Made by a program: the position numbers and the translations under genes
The notes under the pieces: model-generated
Databases searched by the model: none
The model's input: only the letters and a program-made list of their open reading frames with translations
What the model was told of the DNA's origin: nothing
Assembly: GCA_030141605.1 (NCBI GenBank)
Contig: JAQGDQ010000267.1
Location: 124,001 to 188,000 of the forward strand
Reading direction: 5' to 3'
Source: Tubiluchus corallicola
Taxonomy: Eukaryota > Animalia > Priapulida
DNA: 64,000 nucleotides
Shown: positions 1-13,786 of the stretch, in pieces
Numbering within the stretch: position 1 is the first letter of the stretch
Layout of the letters: each line of letters begins with the position of its first letter

Positions 1-169
1 GTTTCATTGCGCGAAAAAGATCACTCCCTAAAAGAAACATTTAATTCAGTGATTCTCAGTGAGTAATTAGTAGGCTATGTATGTACATAAAATACAAACT
101 AGAAGAGAAACATACCATGAAAAATTCTATATTTTAGTTGTTGATTCTAAACTAGAGGACAATGTAAAA

Positions 170-332
170 TCGTTTGAAGAGCAGTCATGTCTTGACATTC
201 GTAAATATTCATTTACTGTGAGAGTAGTGAATAAATGGAATAATCTGTCTGCCATGGTGACTGCCGCACAAAGCGTAGTAAAGTTTAAATCCTTAATCGA
301 CAATTATTTTGTGCAAAAATAAGGGGTTTCTA
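170..332 (+). mobile_element. CR1/L2-like LINE 3' remnant
   Basis: Translates to CLDIRKYSFTVRVVNKWNNL, the typical C-terminal motif of CR1/L2-clade ORF2. A diverged second copy of 236-332 lies at ~7625-7730. Confidence 0.65.
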
Positions 333-460
333 TGAGTGTACTCACTTAACCCCTAATCATGACAATATAACGGTATTCCCAAATACTATATATGCTGTAA
401 AATAGTACATACTGTTATACTGTCATGATAACGGGTTAAGCGAGTACACTCATAGAAACC
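325..460. repeat. Long inverted repeat (~52-bp arms)
   Basis: 325-376 GGTTTCTATGAGTGTACTCACTTAACCC... is the near-exact reverse complement of 409-460 ...GGGTTAAGCGAGTACACTCATAGAAACC. Confidence 0.85.
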
Positions 461-1751
461 ATAACTGCAATTCCTAAAAGATGCAAACTTTTTGTGATAA
501 TTAAATGCAATGAAGTAAACTTAATGTATGTTCTTACTACATAGTACTAAAAAGTCGGTGACGATAATCCAACTAAAACTTAATCTGATATATTTCATCC
601 AGAATCTTTATAATTACATTATAACAAAACAAATAAAAAACAGTAACAAGTACATTAATAATGCAAGCATATAAACAGCAAAACCGACCAAAAACCACAA
701 ATTTGATATCAGACTCAGTTCGCTTTGTATAAGTAAAATTTAAATACCACAATTCATATACTTTCATATAAAATTTAAATATTGTTAAAGAAAATTATTA
801 CAGCTTTGAATTACTTTAGCATAAATATATGCCTTGTTTTAAACTGTTCTAAAGCGAATGATTAAATCACTTTCAATATTAAATGTCAGCGGTAGTATTT
901 ACATTTTAGGTTGTCCAAAATTTAATATCATTTAGTAATTAACCGAAACAGAAAGTTACACAGCTATTCTTACTGCAATACAGACAACTAGAAGTTTGTA
1001 CTTTGCATTTGCTGACAACCAAATATTTAAGAAATGAGATTGCACTTCACTTTGAACAAAAAAAAGATGCCAATAACTTTTTTCTAGAAAAATCAATGAT
1101 TTTTAGAGTCCAGAGTCAAAGTCATCTCTCTGTTAACCCTGATTTCCTCAGTTCCTCCCTCATTTTACATGACTTGTCACCATTTTTTCACCATTATGCT
1201 TCTACTGACTTACAGTGATACTATTGAAACAATTTACGAAATTAAATTATTCTTAGGCAATGATATCTTAGGCCTATTTCAATGGACCGTGAAACTTGTT
1301 TTTGACTTAATACCCCCAAACGTTGTTAGCAGATACAGAAATAGTGTTAAAAGAATAGTAGCAAAATATTTGACACACATCTAAACAATGTACAGCATAA
1401 ATCTTTCCCAGTTTAAAATTCCTTTTCTGACTGAAATTCCTGCCACGGAAACCAAGTTCTCTTGTTCTTAGAATCACAGTGATCTATTCAGTGGCTAATC
1501 AGATTTAGCAGAGGCTCTCTTCTAATGAGCAAAGGAAAAACTGCACTGTAACCTAAAGTATGACCCATAAACAAAATATGACACTGAGCAGCATACAAAC
1601 ATGTTTGATTTTAAAGTATTAGGCTGCAATTGAGGTGCTGTAAAAAGCAATGTGCTGGCAGTGCCCAAAAATCATAACATTAGCTTTATATAGCCTCCAA
1701 AAAAACGACAAATCTGCAAAACACAAACACAGTATTATAAATGTTGCTATT

Positions 1752-2879
1752 TTATGCACAAGCCTTTACATAGTCATGATAGCTATCATGGCTTTTCATG
1801 TGATGTTTCAAGCTTGATAAGCGACTAAAAACAGACTCACAGTCATTACACTTATACGGTTTTACACCGCTATGACTCATCATGTGCCGCTTTAGATTTG
1901 ATGACTGTGAGAATGTGCTCTTGCACACTTCGCACTTATATGGCTTCTCACCTGTGTGTGTTCTGAGATGAGCTCTCAAGCTAGAAGACTGTGTGAATGC
2001 CGCCCCACATGAGTGACACTTCAATGGTTTCTCACCCGTGTGAGTCATAAAATGTGTTTTTAATGTTGAAGATTGACTAAAAGCCATGGTGCACAGAGAA
2101 CACTTGAAAGGTTTTTCACCAGTGTGTGTTCTCATGTGCTTTTTCAAACTGTGTGGTGAAACAAATGTGGCTTTGCATTCGCTGCACGAAAATGGGCGTT
2201 CTCCAGTGTGAATTCGTTCGTGACACTCCAGATGGTAAGCACGTGTAAAGGCAGTGCCACATTCGGCACATCTAAACTGTTTTTCGCTATGGTGGTGACA
2301 TTTTGCATGAGTTATCAGCTCTAAATGCCTAACAAAAGTTGCCTCACATTCATTACACTTAAAAGGTTGTTCATCTGCATGATGCCTCATGTGCATAAGC
2401 AAACCAAATGAGTGACTAAAGGTGGCATCACATTTCTCGCATCCAAATGAATTTTCACACGTATGTGCTCTTACATGGCGTTTGAAAAAGCTCAGGTATT
2501 TGAAGGCTATGCCACAGTAGTTACAGGTGTATCGTCTGATGAGGGTAGATGCCAAATTAGACATACGTGTAATACCACTGTCACCATCTTCAGTTAACAT
2601 CTTAATGTTACCGTCAGAATCAACTGGTTCAACTTTAAGTTCACAATGTTCATTGATAATGCCATAGAAAGGTATCGAAAAGTTCAACTGGCAATGTAGT
2701 TTTTCCTCATTTGTGGGAAACAAGTTTGGCTCAACTTTAGCAATTCTGGCAGCTTGCAGGCAATGCTCATCTGCAGTTGTTGATGATGATGATGCCAACG
2801 ACATTGATGAGGGTAACCAAAACACATCAAAGAACATACTAAATTTGCCAGCCAATGCTCTAGCTCTATCAGCATGCAT
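1752..2879 (-). CDS. C2H2 (Kruppel-type) zinc-finger protein, 9 tandem fingers, 375 aa, single coding exon
   Basis: Nine CxxC...HxxxH units with TGEKPF/TGERPF linkers. A likely splice acceptor (TTTTTTCAG on -) at 3012-3020 implies a 5' UTR intron. Confidence 0.92.
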   Translation of the reverse strand: MHADRARALAGKFSMFFDVFWLPSSMSLASSSSTTADEHCLQAARIAKVEPNLFPTNEEKLHCQLNFSIPFYGIINEHCELKVEPVDSDGNIKMLTEDGDSGITRMSNLASTLIRRYTCNYCGIAFKYLSFFKRHVRAHTCENSFGCEKCDATFSHSFGLLMHMRHHADEQPFKCNECEATFVRHLELITHAKCHHHSEKQFRCAECGTAFTRAYHLECHERIHTGERPFSCSECKATFVSPHSLKKHMRTHTGEKPFKCSLCTMAFSQSSTLKTHFMTHTGEKPLKCHSCGAAFTQSSSLRAHLRTHTGEKPYKCEVCKSTFSQSSNLKRHMMSHSGVKPYKCNDCESVFSRLSSLKHHMKSHDSYHDYVKACA

Positions 2880-3052
2880 TACCAGTGTTATTGAGAGTTA
2901 TCATTGCTAGTCACTTGGTAACATTATCTTCAACATCAGCATGTGATGTTAACGTTGAAAGAATTTTCACCACTCTGCCACCATTCACATGATCCAGGAA
3001 TAACTAGTCAACTGAAAAAAGTCAAAAATGTTAAAGGCAAAGTCTAAGAAAC

Positions 3053-3482
3053 CTAACAATAACACGGTTACTGACGGTCTCTCCTTAATAATTTGTGGAA
3101 TTGAGGCAGACTTGATGCAACAACTGTTTCACTATTAAGTGAATTCCAAGGGCCCACAACACAAGAAAAGAAGACATGGACTCTGATATTAGTGTGAGAG
3201 TATTGCACAAATAATTTAGATAACTCAAGGTAATGGCATAGAAAAAAATTGCGGCTATGCAAAATATCACCAATAACGGTTACTGACGGTTTCTCTTTAA
3301 TAATTTGTGGAATTGAGGCAGACTTGATGCAAAAACTGTTTCACTATTAAGTGAATTCCAAGGGCCCACAACACGAGAAGAGAAGAAATGGGCTCTGATA
3401 TTAGCGTGAGAGTATTGTACAAATAATTTAGATAACTCAGGGTAATGACATAGAAAAAAATTGCGGCTATGCAAAATATCAC
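3053..3482 (-). repeat. Tandem duplication (212-bp period) of a CR1-like LINE 3' fragment
   Basis: Near-identical ORF fragments 3068-3262 and 3280-3474 encode (N)IRAHFFSSRVVGPWNSL-like motifs. Confidence 0.8.
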
Positions 3483-4199
3483 TAATAACTTTATAACAGT
3501 TATCGAGTAAATAAGATCTATTGACTAGTATCACGGCGTTGGTCAAGAGAAAAATAAAAAATTACTTACTTATTTGCTAGCTAATAGTTAATGTTTTATG
3601 TACCAATAATGCTTCAGCATATATGCACAATTGTCTGTATAATAAACCATAGAATCATAGGTTGTTAATAAAAAAAAATTATAGTCATAGTCAGAAGATG
3701 CAGAGTCAGGTTAAACATCAGAGGCCAGATTAATACATTTCGACTGAGTTCTTTCTAAAGCATTTTTAAGAGTAATATACTGTGGAGACCACACAACGCA
3801 TGCATATGCATGTATCATTTATTTACTTGCTCGCAAGCAAGCATCGCATTAATTACCAAGTACTATAAAAGTCTATATTTTTATTATTTGGGATAAAATA
3901 AACTATTTACTTAGGATAAGATAGCTGAAGATACAAGGGACTTGAAATAGCCCACAGACGACTTTTTAATAATTGTTTAGAGATAACTATTAGGTACAAT
4001 ACAAGCGTAAATACGTCACCATTTTGGTGACTTTACCTGTCTTTCTTCTTTTCTTGTAACGTTTCGAGTAAAAACGATAACTACAATATCGGGAATCACC
4101 ATGTGCATACCTTCGAGTTTATTCGGTTTTGTTTATTTTCCTTGTGATTCATGCCTAGGCAATTTCATGCCTAGGCAAAGAAAAATTTTGGCAATTAAC

Positions 4200-5990
4200 A
4201 AGTTGACAAATTACGGCTGAACAGAAAGAAATTAGGTTGAAGCATAGTGCAGCTAAAGACATGGAGCTTAAACAGAAATTCCAAAAGTTATGAAGTTAGA
4301 AGCTAAAATAACTTAGAGATGTGGACCACCAGGCTAAAGAAGAAAAATTATTAGAAGATATTGCAGAAATTGAAAACAGCAAAGTTGACTCTAGTAGGAT
4401 GCATAAAGCAGTCTGGAAAATCAATAAAAGTAAACTAAAAGGCAGGGTATTAGTTGAGACTGATTGTGGGGTTACTGCCAATGAACTAGAAGCATCAGAA
4501 ATTATTATAAATACATTTTTAAAAGGGCTAATAACAACAATAAAGCAAAAACATTCCTGAGATTAATGCAATGGCAATGGGATCAACTTTTGTTCCCGGA
4601 GAGGTTTTAAAGACAATAAAATCTTTAAAGAATGGAAAAAGCCCAAGCATAGATAATCTTGTAAAAGAACAGTTAAAGCATGGGCTAAAGATCATTAGCA
4701 ATGGAATATCAAATTTAATAAACACTATTGCAGAAACAGAGGAAGTTAAGCAGGGGATATTAGTGCCTATTCCAAAACATAAAAAGAAGAAAAGACACGT
4801 AGAAAATCCAAGACCAATTATATTGCTGAGTTTGTTAAGGGAAATCGTGGCTGTATGCATCATCAGACGCATACATGACAGATTAAATGGCAACATTACA
4901 CCATGCTGCATATAGGGAGGGACGAAGCACTACTGAACTAGCAAAATTACTAGCAGTCACATCCAGATCTTATCAAATCACAATATTGTTACTGCATTTG
5001 ATACTGTAGAGAGAGGAATTCTGTTTGATGAACTACAAACTGTACTACAGCACATTACTACAATTCCACTAAAAAATGTTATACTAACTGTAAAAGTTGG
5101 GAACACCTTAGGAAGAATTTTTAGCAAGAACATTGGGTCCCCCAGGTGGACTCTTTTAGACAAATACTTTTCACGCTCTACCTAGCAAATGCACTTAAGA
5201 TCCAGACCTCTCCAAAAGATCGTGATTACGATACCACTGTCTGAATAACCTTCCTCAACATATTCTGGATCACTCCTATCCTGCTTTCGAATCCGATGAA
5301 CCATTCCTTATTGATCAACAATATGCAGGCGATATTGGATGGAGCAGTGTATCAAATTTTGAAACTAACACAATATAAAGGGATTTTCCAAACTATAGAA
5401 AAGAAATCTTCAAGTAAACAGAGTATATTATTGCAAGAGATGGTAATCAGTCTTGGGAAAAGTGCAAATACATGGGCACTTTTCTAACCACTGAAGACTA
5501 AAAGTAGAAAGCAACAAGCAATACATGCTTTTCTTCAGCACAAGAATGTATTAACTAGCAGGAAATTAAGTCTTGACATAAGACATGGATTACTCAATGC
5601 TTACAGTACCAGTATATTTATTTATAACAGTAAAACTCGGGGTTTAACAATTACTAAAAAACAGATTGACACATTATTAAGAAGTTTTAAAGATAAGATG
5701 GCCACATGTAATCAAGAATGAAGATTTATACACCACACTGAAAGAAATTTATTGGAGTTCAAAAATCAAGTTCCGAAGATTAAGATGGCTAGGACATCTT
5801 CTAAGATTACCAAATGAAGGACCAGTAAGAATCGTCTTAAAGGAAGTCATAAAACCTTGCAAAAAACCACCTGGCAAACTTAAAACAACTTGGATAGCTA
5901 AGATAAAATAAAGATGTTCAACAACCTCGACCAAATCTATCTTTAGATTTAGAATTTATGCTGTTAGCTGCGTATAGAGCAAGTGGAATA
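4200..5990 (+). mobile_element. Degenerate non-LTR retrotransposon (RTE/L2-like) reverse transcriptase pseudogene
   Basis: Frameshifted RT motifs appear in the expected order: LKNGKSPSIDNL, RPIILLSLLREI, AFDTVER, QYAGD (decayed YADD), KYMGTF-like, FRRLRWLGHLLRLP. Confidence 0.85.
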
Positions 5991-7339
5991 CTCTGATAAA
6001 TGTTGATACCTCAATGCCTACAATAGGTGGAGCGAGATATTGAAAAAGATACCTCTGTTGTCTCGTACCATTACTTCAGTTTGTACGACACGAACAGAAT
6101 GATAGCCCTCGATTGAATAATACAATTATAATAAAGTTATTTTGTAACAATGAATCACTAGCTGACACCTTATAAAAAGTATAATTCATTGAAACGTATA
6201 ATTATAATGTTATTATAATATATTTAATATTATAACCATTTTTGCATGAGCATTAGACTTTCGAGTTCAAACGTATTTTTTAAATTCAACTTCAGTTCAA
6301 ACCTAAAATTGCTGATTCGAGTAATTCGATTATGAAAACAACCAAACTACAAATCAAATCACACAACTTATTGTTAATCCCATCATACAACATTTAGTTA
6401 AAATTTAATATGATGTATATAGTATAGCCCATCAAATGGGAAGGGGTGGAGAAGAACATATACAAATGGAATCAGCCTCCCCAAATCAGTTCAATTTATA
6501 AATTTCTAGCATGCAGTGTCAATCAATGATCAAAATAATGACTATAGTAATTTTGTACCATGTACTTACTGTCACCTACGTAATATTAAGCATAGCATGA
6601 TGAAATGAAATTAAGAACAAAACTTCACTTTTTAAGCGAACAAAGAAAAATAAACAAATAAATTGTACTAGCGCGCTAAATCTGATATAATTTGCATTAG
6701 ACTCAGATTTTAGAATTTTAGTAATAACTCAATAAACTAAAACAAATAAGGATTAACGTTTATGAACGTATTATACAAAATCATAGCTCAAATATAAACA
6801 CAATGATATTAAACTATTTGTAATTATAAAATTCAAGAATACCGTCATGCATACGAAATCATGTTACGAAATAATGCAAATAATAATCGAAATCAATGAT
6901 GTAGCAATAAAAATTAAATTAAACAATAAATTAAAAGCAATAAATAAATAAATACTGTAATATAATGTAGAATATTAGTACATAATTATATAATTCATTT
7001 AAAAAACAAAATAAATTTAATGCATGTAATATACGTAGTACTACATGGCAAATTGTTTATATAGCCAAATCACAGAAAAATATAAAGTAAACACTCACCT
7101 AAGATATAATTCAAGACAACAGTAATTCACACAAGAGAAGATAATTTATGACATCATTTCGTACCTGTAGCCTTCAAATCAGGTTTCAAAAATGAAAAAA
7201 TAAACAAATTAAGAAAAAACAGTTGGATCAATAACTAATTTGCATCACAGTTATAAAGCAGTAGGAAAAAGCCAAATAATTTTTTTAAATATTTTTGCAT
7301 TTAACTAGTAGTTGTTTCTTATATCCTTTCTGAATTGTA

Positions 7340-7600
7340 TCCAGGGTAGCTAGCTTTAGTAAAATCACGAACAGAGAGTTCCACAATTTGACTCCTTTAT
7401 ATTTAACTGAGCATTGGCCTTTACTGCTTGCAATTAAACCCGCTTACAAAAACATCTCTTTTTGCAGATCTAACATATATCAGAAATTTAGGTATAATAG
7501 TCAGAAAAAATTCAGGAAGTAAATTATGTTTAAGTTTAAAGACAAATTTGGCAAGTTCAAGGCTGCACTACGTATCATGAAGTTTTAGGCTATGTAAATC
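7340..7600 (-). mobile_element. LINE ORF2 C-terminal remnant
   Basis: The minus strand encodes GQCSVKYKGVKLWNSL, a typical L2/CR1 C-terminal motif. Confidence 0.6.
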
Positions 7601-7730
7601 TTATGGGCAGTCATTGCATGGTACTGAATGATTTGAATAATCTGTTTGCTATAGTGATTTTCGCACAAAGCATAGTAATATTTAGATCATTAATCGATAA
7701 TTATTTTGTGAAAAATTATGGGGTTTCTAG

Positions 7731-8305
7731 TAGGGGTGCTGAAGTGCTGAATAGAAGTGTAGCTCAAAGTACAACACAAATACTAGCTCCCCGTTTTGGA
7801 AGGCCAAAACCAAAGTATTACACAGTACAAATTGTACATATTTTGTACTTATTCTCTTGCAGGTTTTTCATTTCTCATTTAGTATATAATTACCTTGCTA
7901 CCACTTACTTTCATAAACTAAATTTTAAGTACGTCAACTATAAATGTATCAAAGATGATACAGTTAACGAACAAATAAGAGTACAGCTCTTCATAGGTTG
8001 TTGTAAAAAGAATTTCCACATCCCTAATTCCCTAATCATTTAGCACTTCAATCACTTGTGTCCTTTATCATTAAAACGATGATTCCTGTGCACAATTTTA
8101 AGCAAATTATTAGGGGTGTTACTGCAGAACAAAATCGAGTAATATGCATGATCCTTGTGAGACCAATTTTTACTGGTGCTTCGAAAACTTGTACAAAAAT
8201 CTTTCAATCTCGATTCGAAATACTGCAATTCGGTTGGATTGAAATTCGAAAGTCAAAAATTCGATTCGATTTGGATTCGCTTTCTGGTAGAGAATGCTCC
8301 CCCTA
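7731..8305. mobile_element. hAT-like non-autonomous element with 8-bp TSD
   Basis: Ends are TAGGGG...CCCCTA, flanked by GTTTCTAG (7723-7730) and GTTTCTAA (8306-8313). The TTCGA/TCGAA-rich subterminal region has an inverted relative at ~33583-33930. Confidence 0.6.
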
Positions 8306-9901
8306 GTTTCTAATACTTCAACCTCTTAGTCATTCATGGGCCATGGCAGTATAACCAAATTATGCAAATACAAGGTAGGAAATCCTACTGCGCAGTTCGC
8401 GCAGTTAGTGTCGCCCTAGCGGCACAGCAATACGGACTGTTGTTGTAAGGATGTGTACTGCAGCAGATGAATTGATGAGACAACCAAGCCAGGCCGGTTA
8501 ACAGGCACTCATAAGTTGCTCAGCAATGAGTTGCGAAAACACAAATAAAAACATGTTTTTAAATTTCCCAAGGATGCAGCCAGATAATTATAATAAAATG
8601 TCAATTATAACAAAGTTTTGTAACTTTTGTTACAAGTTAAATATTTTGTACACTAAGCAAAGACTGCATGGCCTACATCTCTCTTAGGCGATTTATAGCA
8701 GCTGTTTTAATAAATTTTTAATAATTTTTTAATATTATTTAAAGCAAGTATAAGGCATTAAGAATAATTAGTAGTTAAAATAAAAACTATTATAATCATA
8801 TCTTATGAAAATAATAGGCTTATTTACAAAAGAAGTTTAGAAAGTTGATCATAAAGAAAGTTTGCAAATGTAGTATTCTATTTCTGGGGAAATATTTTTT
8901 CTGAAAAACATTCCTATTTAATATGTTCTTATCATGATATATAACTTGAAGAAATATTAGGCCTAACTTTCATCTTTCATAGAAAAAAAATCGATTTTTT
9001 TCAGAAGAGCAATTAATTTTTCCAGAACAAAACCTAATCTAAGCATCTCATGTTTTGTTCATTCCAAGTTAAAAGATGTTTAAAAAGCATATAATCATAC
9101 ATTCGCCTTTGTTATGAGTTGGAGTTGGTTATAAAATCACGTTGAACAAACAGAGATGCATTTAACACATTACTCCTCTTTTTTATTATCAGTGAACAAA
9201 AAATAACAAAACGAAACATCAGAGCTGTCATTCTAAGCAGCCGACATTACTTCCACCTCTATAACAGGGCGTGTCATAACACCTTATATATCATGGTAGA
9301 CGTCACTTATATTTAGCCTATTTTTTTAAGATTCAGTTAGGCTTACGTCAAAATGAATGTTCATTAAATACAGTTTGTTTACGTGTAAAAAATGTACTTG
9401 TATAAGCGTACTAATAAAACACCTGTGCCTAAATCCACTGACAAGTCTTGATAAATATTAGTTATTGATGGGCTTAAATTAATTGATTTTATACAGGCCT
9501 AGGTGCCAAGAGCAATCATTTTATATAGTTAAATATATAGGCTCAGCTTCATAGAATCTTCGTATGTAATAATGCGTACATCACACATGTATATGAGTGT
9601 GTGTGCATGGGTGTATCAAGACGTTACGACGCCCTAGCCTGGCAGTTCAGTCCTACTCATCTCTACTACTGTAATGATTATTTATATATGAAGCACCGTA
9701 TGCTGTTGCTTGTTGTGTGCATGCGTGTGTGTGCGAATTATTTATATACAAACCTACAATATAATATATGTGTAACTATATAGATTAATTGCAGGGCACG
9801 TAAATGGGTGCAATTTTTAATGTGCCAAATTTGCTACCTCACATTGGAGTAAAACGACCAAGAAATAAATGGCAGAACCTTCAACAAAAGGAAAAGAAGG
9901 A

Positions 9902-9970
9902 TCTCTCTCTCTGTCCCTCCTTCCCTCCTCCCTCTCTGTGTCTCTCTCTCTCTCTCCCTTCTTCTCTCTC
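9902..9970. repeat. CT-rich microsatellite / polypyrimidine tract
   Basis: (CT)n and CCT runs are directly visible. Confidence 0.8.
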
Positions 9971-12900
9971 TAAGAAAGGGAGGGAGAGAAAAATCAATAA
10001 ATCAATAAAAAATGTATTATTTTTTACATAATAGGCAGCCCATCACGTAGGCAGCTAGCCTCTTTCCTCAAGAAGAACAATAAAATTTTACAAGAACACT
10101 GGAGAAGTATTTGCAAGTACACAATACAAACATATTGCTACAACTGTTTTTCGTTTTTTAATGACGTGTTTTTAGTTTTATGAAACTAATAATTGCTTTT
10201 ATTTGAGATATTCTTCTTTTACTAAAATCGCAAAAGTGATTTTTGGGTTATCGAAATTGCGCGTATGCCAACATTATTGGTTGGTGAACTTAAGAATGTT
10301 ATTATTACAGTCAATGCGCCGCTCAAAATGTTTTAATCATCTGCTGTTTGATGCCGCCAGCATAGCTGCTACACTTTGATGTTACAGCAAGTTGTGCAAG
10401 CGGTGCGTTAATGCTTGTTGTATTTGTCCATCACCATGGTAAACTGCACGCGTCTGAAATTGAAATGATCATGGAATGCATTAATGACTGTATTAAAATT
10501 TTTAGTGGTTTCTAAGGACAGAGTTTTTTAATCAACGTTTTCCTGCATTAGATAATTTCTTCACGCGCTCAATTAATTTAGAATGAGTGTAAGTACATAT
10601 AGTTTTTGCGTTTAATTCACAGACCTCAGTCTCAAGTTCAGCCAAGCGAGTCATTAGACATTACTTCACAGTTACTACTCAATACTAGTTTGATTCACAA
10701 CCATCAAACTCACCAGTAATGCATTTTTATAATATTTTTTGCTTACATAAATGGTTAAACGTACTTCACTATTACAACTCTTCCCTAAATTCCATGCAGT
10801 TTTACTTTTCAAAAACTTTTTTAAACTTTTTTAAAGATACTTTTCAATTTACTTTGAATAGTATGAAAACCCTGTTACTACACGACAACAAGCTAAAATT
10901 TACCCTAAAATTAGAGTCATGCTAATTAAGGCTGGTTTGACAAAACCATTACTAGCTAACTTAACCAAGTCCATTATTACCACTACCGCTTACCATTGTA
11001 ATAACGACATAGTTAAGTTAGTGACGGCTTTGTGATGGAAACCGACCCTGCTCTATTTATGCAGAGGTACACAACCATTTCACATGTCACGTGGTAGCAC
11101 TTACTTAGTAAAGCAACTATACATAAAAGTTGTTAACCTCACAAGCATGGTAAATATACCATCTATTAATATTATTTAGGGGCTGTGCTTTGGTTAAATA
11201 GAACGGACACCCCTTTAAGTGGGACATTCACAGCTTTGGATAGTCTCTTTTGTTTTCTGGGAATAGGCTTATTTTTCAAAGACATGCATATAGTTGCAAA
11301 AGTAGATTTCTTCTAGAGGCTATAATGTTCAGTTTTTCTTATTGGGTCTTTGGGCTGCAAAAATGCTTATTGCAGGAAGATACAGACTTTTGAAAAAACT
11401 TAAATAGGGCAGCTGCACTCTGTGTTCAATGGACTAGTATTTAAACCAGACGATAAAAATACTTCTGTTTTCATCTAATCGCATGGGTAATATTTTGTAT
11501 CGTATACCCAGCCAGGAATTTTATAATTTTTTTGTCCGTTCATATGCTTACCTGACATAGTCATATAAAAGTGTATTTTTTAATTTAAAACGTGAAACAC
11601 AATAATTATTATAATATCACTGGTTCGGCAAAGACTTGTTTTTCTTTGGCCAAGTCTCGGCCAGGGTTGCCACTTTGTATGATGCAGAATATTGTAGTGG
11701 AGGCTAAAAAGTATTGTATTTTCAACCAAATTGGAGTATTAATGGCTGAGTAGTGTTGGCACTTATACCATAATTATCAGAACATACATTCGTACTGTAC
11801 AAAAAAGATACCAAATGATTATCGATAATTACATGGTAATTTAGTAATGCGAAATAAAGACTAAAAAACAAAGCGTGAAAAATGTACGTTGAAAAAATTT
11901 GAAACTTTACTGCTAATCAGTGGGAAATAAACAGGCCTTGATCTCAACTGATTTTCAGCTTTTTTAAACATTCACAAACTTTAAAAAATTTTTTTGAAAA
12001 AAATTATTTTCTTTCTCCCCACTGACATCTTTTGAGTTCATGAGGTAAGACAGAAACGGATTTTTTGTAGCCGGCCTAACTATCATCATTTGGATCTTTA
12101 GCACATCGCTGCTTTTTCAAAGTTAGAATTATAGTTTTTTCAATATTTAGGTGAAAATGTCTAGTTAATAATAATAATACTAGATCACTTCTGGGATCAC
12201 ATTACGACTGAGATGCTTGATGTGACACCTGAACCAATGAGAACAGTGGAGTTGTTGGTGTTCAATCGCAGAAATTATATATCGATTGATATATCCACAT
12301 TTGTTGTAAGTTGAGATGAAAATTAACTGAAAAGAAGGAAATGTGAAAAAATTCAGGTTGAGAGTGGGATTTAACCAGGGAAATTGGGTTAAAAATAGCG
12401 AGTTGCATTACATATATGCAAGTTTTTGTTGTGTCTGATTTGGCAAAGCTTAAAAATTTGCATAGCTGTATAATGCAATTTACCATGATGAAGATCATGG
12501 ACTGAGTGTCTGGAATTAGTTTAGTGAACCAAAAAGAGTAATATTATAAAACTATTACAACAATATTGAAAACTTGATTTGATTTCATTTTAGGCTTAAT
12601 TAATAGGGTACATGGCTGTAACAGTCATGTGAACAAAACAGTCTTCAAGTAGTGTTCTTTCATTAAGTAGTGTTCGTATTTAATGTAAAGAGTAAAACAG
12701 TCCAGGGTGTGGTGGTAGTAGTAGTAAGTGTATTCCTCGTTTTCCTGTACCCAGCCAGCATACTTCACTGTGATAAAGGTAAAGTAAACGTAACACTAAC
12801 CTTTTTGCTATGATGTTAAAATATTTGTTGCAAAGAATAATTATGCATAGGCCCTACTTACTAAAAAGCACTATCTGCTTGGGCGATATTTTGATAGGAA

Positions 12901-12976
12901 AGATACTAGTAGCAGAACGGTTAGACAAAAATATCACAAAATATTTTTCATAATTGTTCCAGCATTAATGCAAATA

Positions 12977-13786
12977 CTAGCAAAGGCCGCGCAAAAGATT
13001 TTGCGTAAAAAACCACGTATAATCAATAACACGCGAACATCCTACACAGTCCTCATGTATAACGCAAAGCCCGTAACATCCTGCCTACTTACCTAACTCA
13101 AAACTTGTACTCATGCCTACTGTATGTTTAACTAACGCAAAGCAGCTTTTTGCTGAATTGAAGCTATAAGCAATAATGGATGACGTCACAACAATGGTTT
13201 TGCGTCAGCAGTTTTCTAAGCGAAAATTGCCGAAAATAGAACATCTAATTAACTCGCCAGTACTCCTCTCGGTGGATCAGTCCTAAAATGTAGCTCACAT
13301 CATTGTGTAGCCCCGTTCTTCCTCTTTCTAAAGAGCCCCATATCTTCTTCCGAGAGTCCCGCCAGGCGCCGCTAGAACGTTTTTCCCGCAGGCTGTTTGG
13401 TCAAAATTTCGAAAAAATCGCGAGTTGGGTCCGGGAAAACGCCCGTTGCGGGGCGCCGTGGTCCTCTCGCGAATTCTAAATAGGCCTATGACACCCAACG
13501 CTGAACAGGCTATCTATCCATACCCAGCACCACCCTCGGCCCATTCCCGTTCTCTACATCTCAACCGTATAACTTTTGCAAAAAACGGCCGAAAAAGGGC
13601 CATTTTTGGAGGTTTTTCGCCCCCCGTTCCTCGCGGTGGGCCCGATTCGAAAAATAAACCATCAATGGCACGACACTAGATCGAGACCTTTCGTTTGATA
13701 TATAGATTGCCGCAAATGGTGCCCTCGTCCAGGCTGTAGCCTCGAATCTTATATATATACCAAGAATATTAATATAATAGAATAGA
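12977..13786 (-). mobile_element. Non-autonomous Helitron with both termini intact
   Basis: On - it starts A|TC (TCTATTCTTATATA) and ends CTAG|T. A 16-bp hairpin CGCAAAA-GA-TTTTGCG (12990-13005) lies ~10 bp inside the 3' end. It is inserted between A and T with no TSD. Confidence 0.85.

Noticed and set aside
13425-13679. 84-aa GC-rich ORF
   Set aside because: It lies inside the Helitron and has no recognisable domain.
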